Assembly: GCA_965248435.1 (NCBI GenBank)
Contig: OZ252100.1
Span: 3,296,001 to 3,360,000 of the forward strand
Direction of reading: 5' to 3'
Source of the DNA: Candidatus Latescibacterota bacterium
GTDB taxonomy: Bacteria; Latescibacterota; UBA2968; GCA-2709665
DNA length: 64,000 nucleotides
Part shown: positions 61,055-64,000 of the stretch, one piece after another
Position numbering within the stretch: the first letter of the stretch is position 1
Layout of the letters: each line of letters begins with the position of its first letter
Translations under genes and position numbers: made by a program
The notes under the pieces: generated by a model
The model's database searches: none
Seen by the model: only the letters and a program-made list of their open reading frames with translations
Told to the model about the DNA's origin: nothing

Positions 61055-61096
61055 CGTCTCGATTCGTTAAGCATCTCACTGAAGCGGCAGAGTTCG

Positions 61097-61140
61097 GAAG
61101 CCGTGCCGTTTGCCGGTTAGGAACGGAACGGCTTCTTTTT
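61097..61140 (+). terminator. Intrinsic terminator after giant gene
   Basis: gaagccgt.ccgtt / aacgg.acggcttc stem plus TTTTT. Confidence 0.75.
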
Positions 61141-61177
61141 GCCTGAATGGCTGGAGCGTGAAAGGTATAAATGGGTG

Positions 61178-61207
61178 TTGACTTGACGGGGTATGGCTGA
61201 TTATATT
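61178..61207 (+). promoter_or_regulatory. Putative sigma70 promoter of DUF3467-adaptor operon
   Basis: TTGACT-18 nt-TATATT. Confidence 0.45.
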
Positions 61208-61297
61208 GGGACCCTGTCGGGTGGCAGAATCTCTTGTTGCAGAGCAGAATAGACATTCCAGACCCTGTTTCGGGTCCATTACGTGAAAGGAGTTTCG

Positions 61298-61663
61298 ATG
61301 GCGAAGGCAAGCACTGCAGGAGCGCAGCAGGCCCAGTCTGAGGCCGGAGACGGAGGGCGAACGCAGGTGCGCGTGCGATGGGACGACTCGAACATGTCCA
61401 CCACCTACGCCAACGTTTGCAACGTGTCCAGCACTCGGGAAGAGGTTACGCTACTTTTCGGTACCAACCAGACGTGGCACACGGGACAGAACGAAGTCGT
61501 GGTCAATCTGTCGGACCGGATTATTCTGAATCCCTTCGCCGCGAAGCGACTATCGATGCTCTTGAACAACGTGGTCACAGAGTACGAGAAACGCTTCGGG
61601 GAACTGGGAATCGAAACGGCAACCGGTGCTCCCGGCGAGGCGCCGAAGCCGGCTGGAAGCTGA
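61298..61663 (+). CDS. DUF3467-like small protein
   Basis: WDDSNMSTTYANVCNVSSTREEVTLLFG...RIILNPFAAKRL...YEKRFG.L pattern; AAAGGAG RBS. Confidence 0.8.
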   Translation: MAKASTAGAQQAQSEAGDGGRTQVRVRWDDSNMSTTYANVCNVSSTREEVTLLFGTNQTWHTGQNEVVVNLSDRIILNPFAAKRLSMLLNNVVTEYEKRFGELGIETATGAPGEAPKPAGS

Positions 61664-61791
61664 AACGGATTGCGAATCACGAACTAGCGTCTCTCTTGGG
61701 AACGGCCCTCTTCATTCGGTCTACCCCGGGTCGGACGCTATTCGTTTTCCAGGATCAATTCTATAGACCAGGATGAAAGGCGAAATCTTCG

Positions 61792-63643
61792 TTGCCTTCT
61801 GAAACCACCCAGCAACTGGAGCAGCCGGCTTCGACATCGCTCCTCTGGACCCGCTTCGCCAACGCCAAGACGGCGTCGGAGTACCACGGCGCGTGGCTCG
61901 GTCTCCTGTGCGGTATCATTTCCGAAGCCCGACTTGGGGTACTGGTCCTTATGAGCGATGCTGGAAGATTCGAGCCTGTGGCCCAGTGGCCTCCGGATCG
62001 ACCGGATGCCCAGAAGCTGGCCGAGATCCTTGACCGGGTGGTGGACGAGAAGACGGGCCTGATCTCGGAGCTGGAGGCGAGCCCGGACACAGCGGCTACC
62101 TATGCCATCGGCTACCCGATTCAGGTGGACGAGGTGCTTTGCGGCGCCGTGGCGCTTGAGGTGCACGCGACCACCACAGAAGGCCTTCGCGGCGCCATGC
62201 AGCAGCTTCAGTGGGGCGTGGGCTGGGTGGAGCTGCGAGTGCGCAGGGATGGGTGACGTGGAAAGCTCTGAGGCGCTCAAACGGCTTCGGGGGAGCGTGG
62301 ACCTGCTGGCGTGCGTGTTTTCGGAGGAGCGGTTCGATTCGGCCTGCATGGCCTTTGTCGCGGAGCTGGCTAACCAGATGCAGTGCGATCGGGCGAGCAT
62401 CGGGTTCGTGAGAGACCGTCAGGTTCGGGTGCGGGCGGTTTCCTACAGTACGGACTTCGGCGAGCGGATGAATCTGAACCGCGCACTGGCTGGCGCGATG
62501 GAAGAGGCCGTGGTTCAGCGTCAGGCCATTAAATACCCGGCCGTCGACAAGGATTCCGCGCTCGTTGTTCGCGAACACGACCTCCTGGCGCGGCAGCACG
62601 GCGTCGAGTCGATTCTCACGGTTCCTCTCTACCACAACGACCGCTACTACGCGGCCATTACGTTGGAGCGTCCGAAGCAGCGCCCCTTTATTGAGGATGA
62701 CGAGGCCTTCTGCCACAGCGTGGCCGGGCTGGCCGGTCCCGCGCTGGAGGGCCGGCGCCTGGAAGACCGCCCGCTTCCGCTCAAGCTGAAGGACGCGCTT
62801 TCGGGGCAGGTCCGTAGGTTGATCGGTCCGGGTCACGTCGGGCGGAAGCTTGTCTTGGGCGTCCTGTTTATCTTGTCGATCTTTTTCGCCTTCGCGCAGG
62901 GCGACTACCGGATTTCGGCCGATTCCACGCTGGAGGGAGCGGTGCGGCGGGTCGTCGTCGCGCCGTTCGACGGGTTCGTGTCGGAGGCCCCGATGCGAGC
63001 CGGTGACGTGGTGAACGCGGGCGACGTGATCTGCCGGCTGGACGATCGCGATCTCCGGTTGGAGCGGATGCGGTGGCTGGGACAGGTGACCCAGCTGCGT
63101 CGGCAGCTTCAAGAGGCATCCGCCGGGCACGACCGGGCTCAGGCGAGCATCCTGTCCGCTCAGCTCGAGCAGTCTCAGGCGCAGCTGGAGCTGTCGGACG
63201 CCCAGCTGGAACGAACGCAGCTCCGTGCGGCGTTCGACGGATTGGTGGTCAGCGGCGATCTCTCCCAGCGCCTGGGGGGGGCCGTACAGCAGGGCGAAGT
63301 GCTGTTCGAGGTGACCCCTCTGGACGCATATCGGGTATTGCTGGAGGTGGACGAGGGTCGGATCGCGGACGTGGAGGCGGGCCAGACAGGAACGCTTGTG
63401 CTGTCGTCGCTTCCGGAATCTACGTTCGACTTCCGTGTGGAAAAGGTGACACCGATTGCAACTCCAGAAGAAGGAAAGAATACGTTCCGGGTGGAGGCGG
63501 CACTGGACCGCACCGAATCTTCCCTGCGGCCGGGGATGGAAGGCATCGGGAAGATCCACGTGGACCGCCGACTCCTGATCGGGATCTGGACGCGGGACCT
63601 CAGAGACTGGGTGAGGTTGACGTGGTGGGAGTACGTTTCGTAA
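61792..63643 (+). pseudogene. GAF-domain HlyD-family membrane fusion (periplasmic adaptor) protein, frameshifted at about 62250
   Basis: ORFs 61792-62256 and 62102-63643 join into GAF-like+GAF (AMEEAV.Q), TM helix, VVAPFDG lipoyl half-motifs, coiled coil and LRPGMEG.GKI beta-barrel end. Confidence 0.8.
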
Positions 63644-63657
63644 ATCGTCGATCGTAA

Positions 63658-63850
63658 AGACCGGGTACCGGGATAGGTAGATAGGTTACAGAGACCTGAC
63701 GGTTTGGGGGCGACGCCTGCGTCGCCCCGAGAAATCAAAACACGGGTACCGGGGTTCGGGCAACGGGTACCGTAGCAATTGCGGGTTGCGGATTTGGGAA
63801 TGAAAAAGCTGGATCACGAAAGGACACGAAGGAGCACGAAGGACACGAAG
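63658..63850 (+). repeat. Dispersed GGGTACCG-core intergenic repeat, copy C, with CACGAA tandem units
   Basis: aaaacacgggtaccggg...gggtaccgtagcaattgcgggttgcggatt...ggatcacgaaaggacacgaaggagcacgaaggacacgaa. Confidence 0.7.
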
Positions 63851-63951
63851 CCCCTTCCTGAGAAGCTGGATCAGGGGACATCGTGAAAGCAATGGGGCGT
63901 CACGGTCCCCCGAATGGCAAAAACGCGGAATAGAGGATGACGCACGGCTAA

Positions 63952-64000
63952 ATGGAAGAACAACTGACGAGTAGCTCGTGGTACCGCGTGGCAGAGACGA
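63952..64000 (+). CDS. Partial CDS (MEEQLTSSSWYRVAET...), probable M50 peptidase/HlyD-type fusion protein
   Basis: The S.SWYRVA N-terminal motif is one I recall from PqqD-like/M50/adaptor fusions next to GAF-HlyD genes; only 16 codons visible. Confidence 0.5.
   Translation, partial: MEEQLTSSSWYRVAET

Noticed and set aside
61220-61242. Possible sigma54 site TGGCAGAATCTCTTGTTGC
   Set aside because: The GG-N10-GC spacing is not met.
36960-61310. Many long minus-strand ORFs (up to 568 aa) over the giant gene
   Set aside because: Antisense shadows of a GC-rich repetitive coding strand; no recognisable motifs.

Overview
Bacterial, moderately GC-rich window in two parts. Part 1 (1-36 kb) is mostly core and metabolic: a Tes/GDGT-MAS-like radical SAM gene, tig-clpP-clpX-engB, a class V aminotransferase, purA, moaA, an amidohydrolase+Rieske pair, a siroheme nitrite/sulfite reductase-ferredoxin-gltB block, transketolase, a D-xylonate dehydratase and a sigma54-type signalling cluster. 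It also holds one complete IS30 element, one truncated inverted copy and several families of short intergenic repeats. Part 2 (36,965-64,000) starts abruptly at the truncated IS30. It carries a 5'-truncated giant RTX-like repetitive surface protein gene (about 24 kb, about 8,000 codons) split by two +1 frame breaks. This is followed by a DUF3467-like gene, a frameshifted GAF+HlyD-type adaptor and the first codons of a probable M50-peptidase/HlyD-type gene. Together these are the best candidate for a poorly described, non-canonical export system for giant proteins. No rRNA, tRNA or CRISPR array was seen. All family assignments come from recognising motifs by eye, not from searches.
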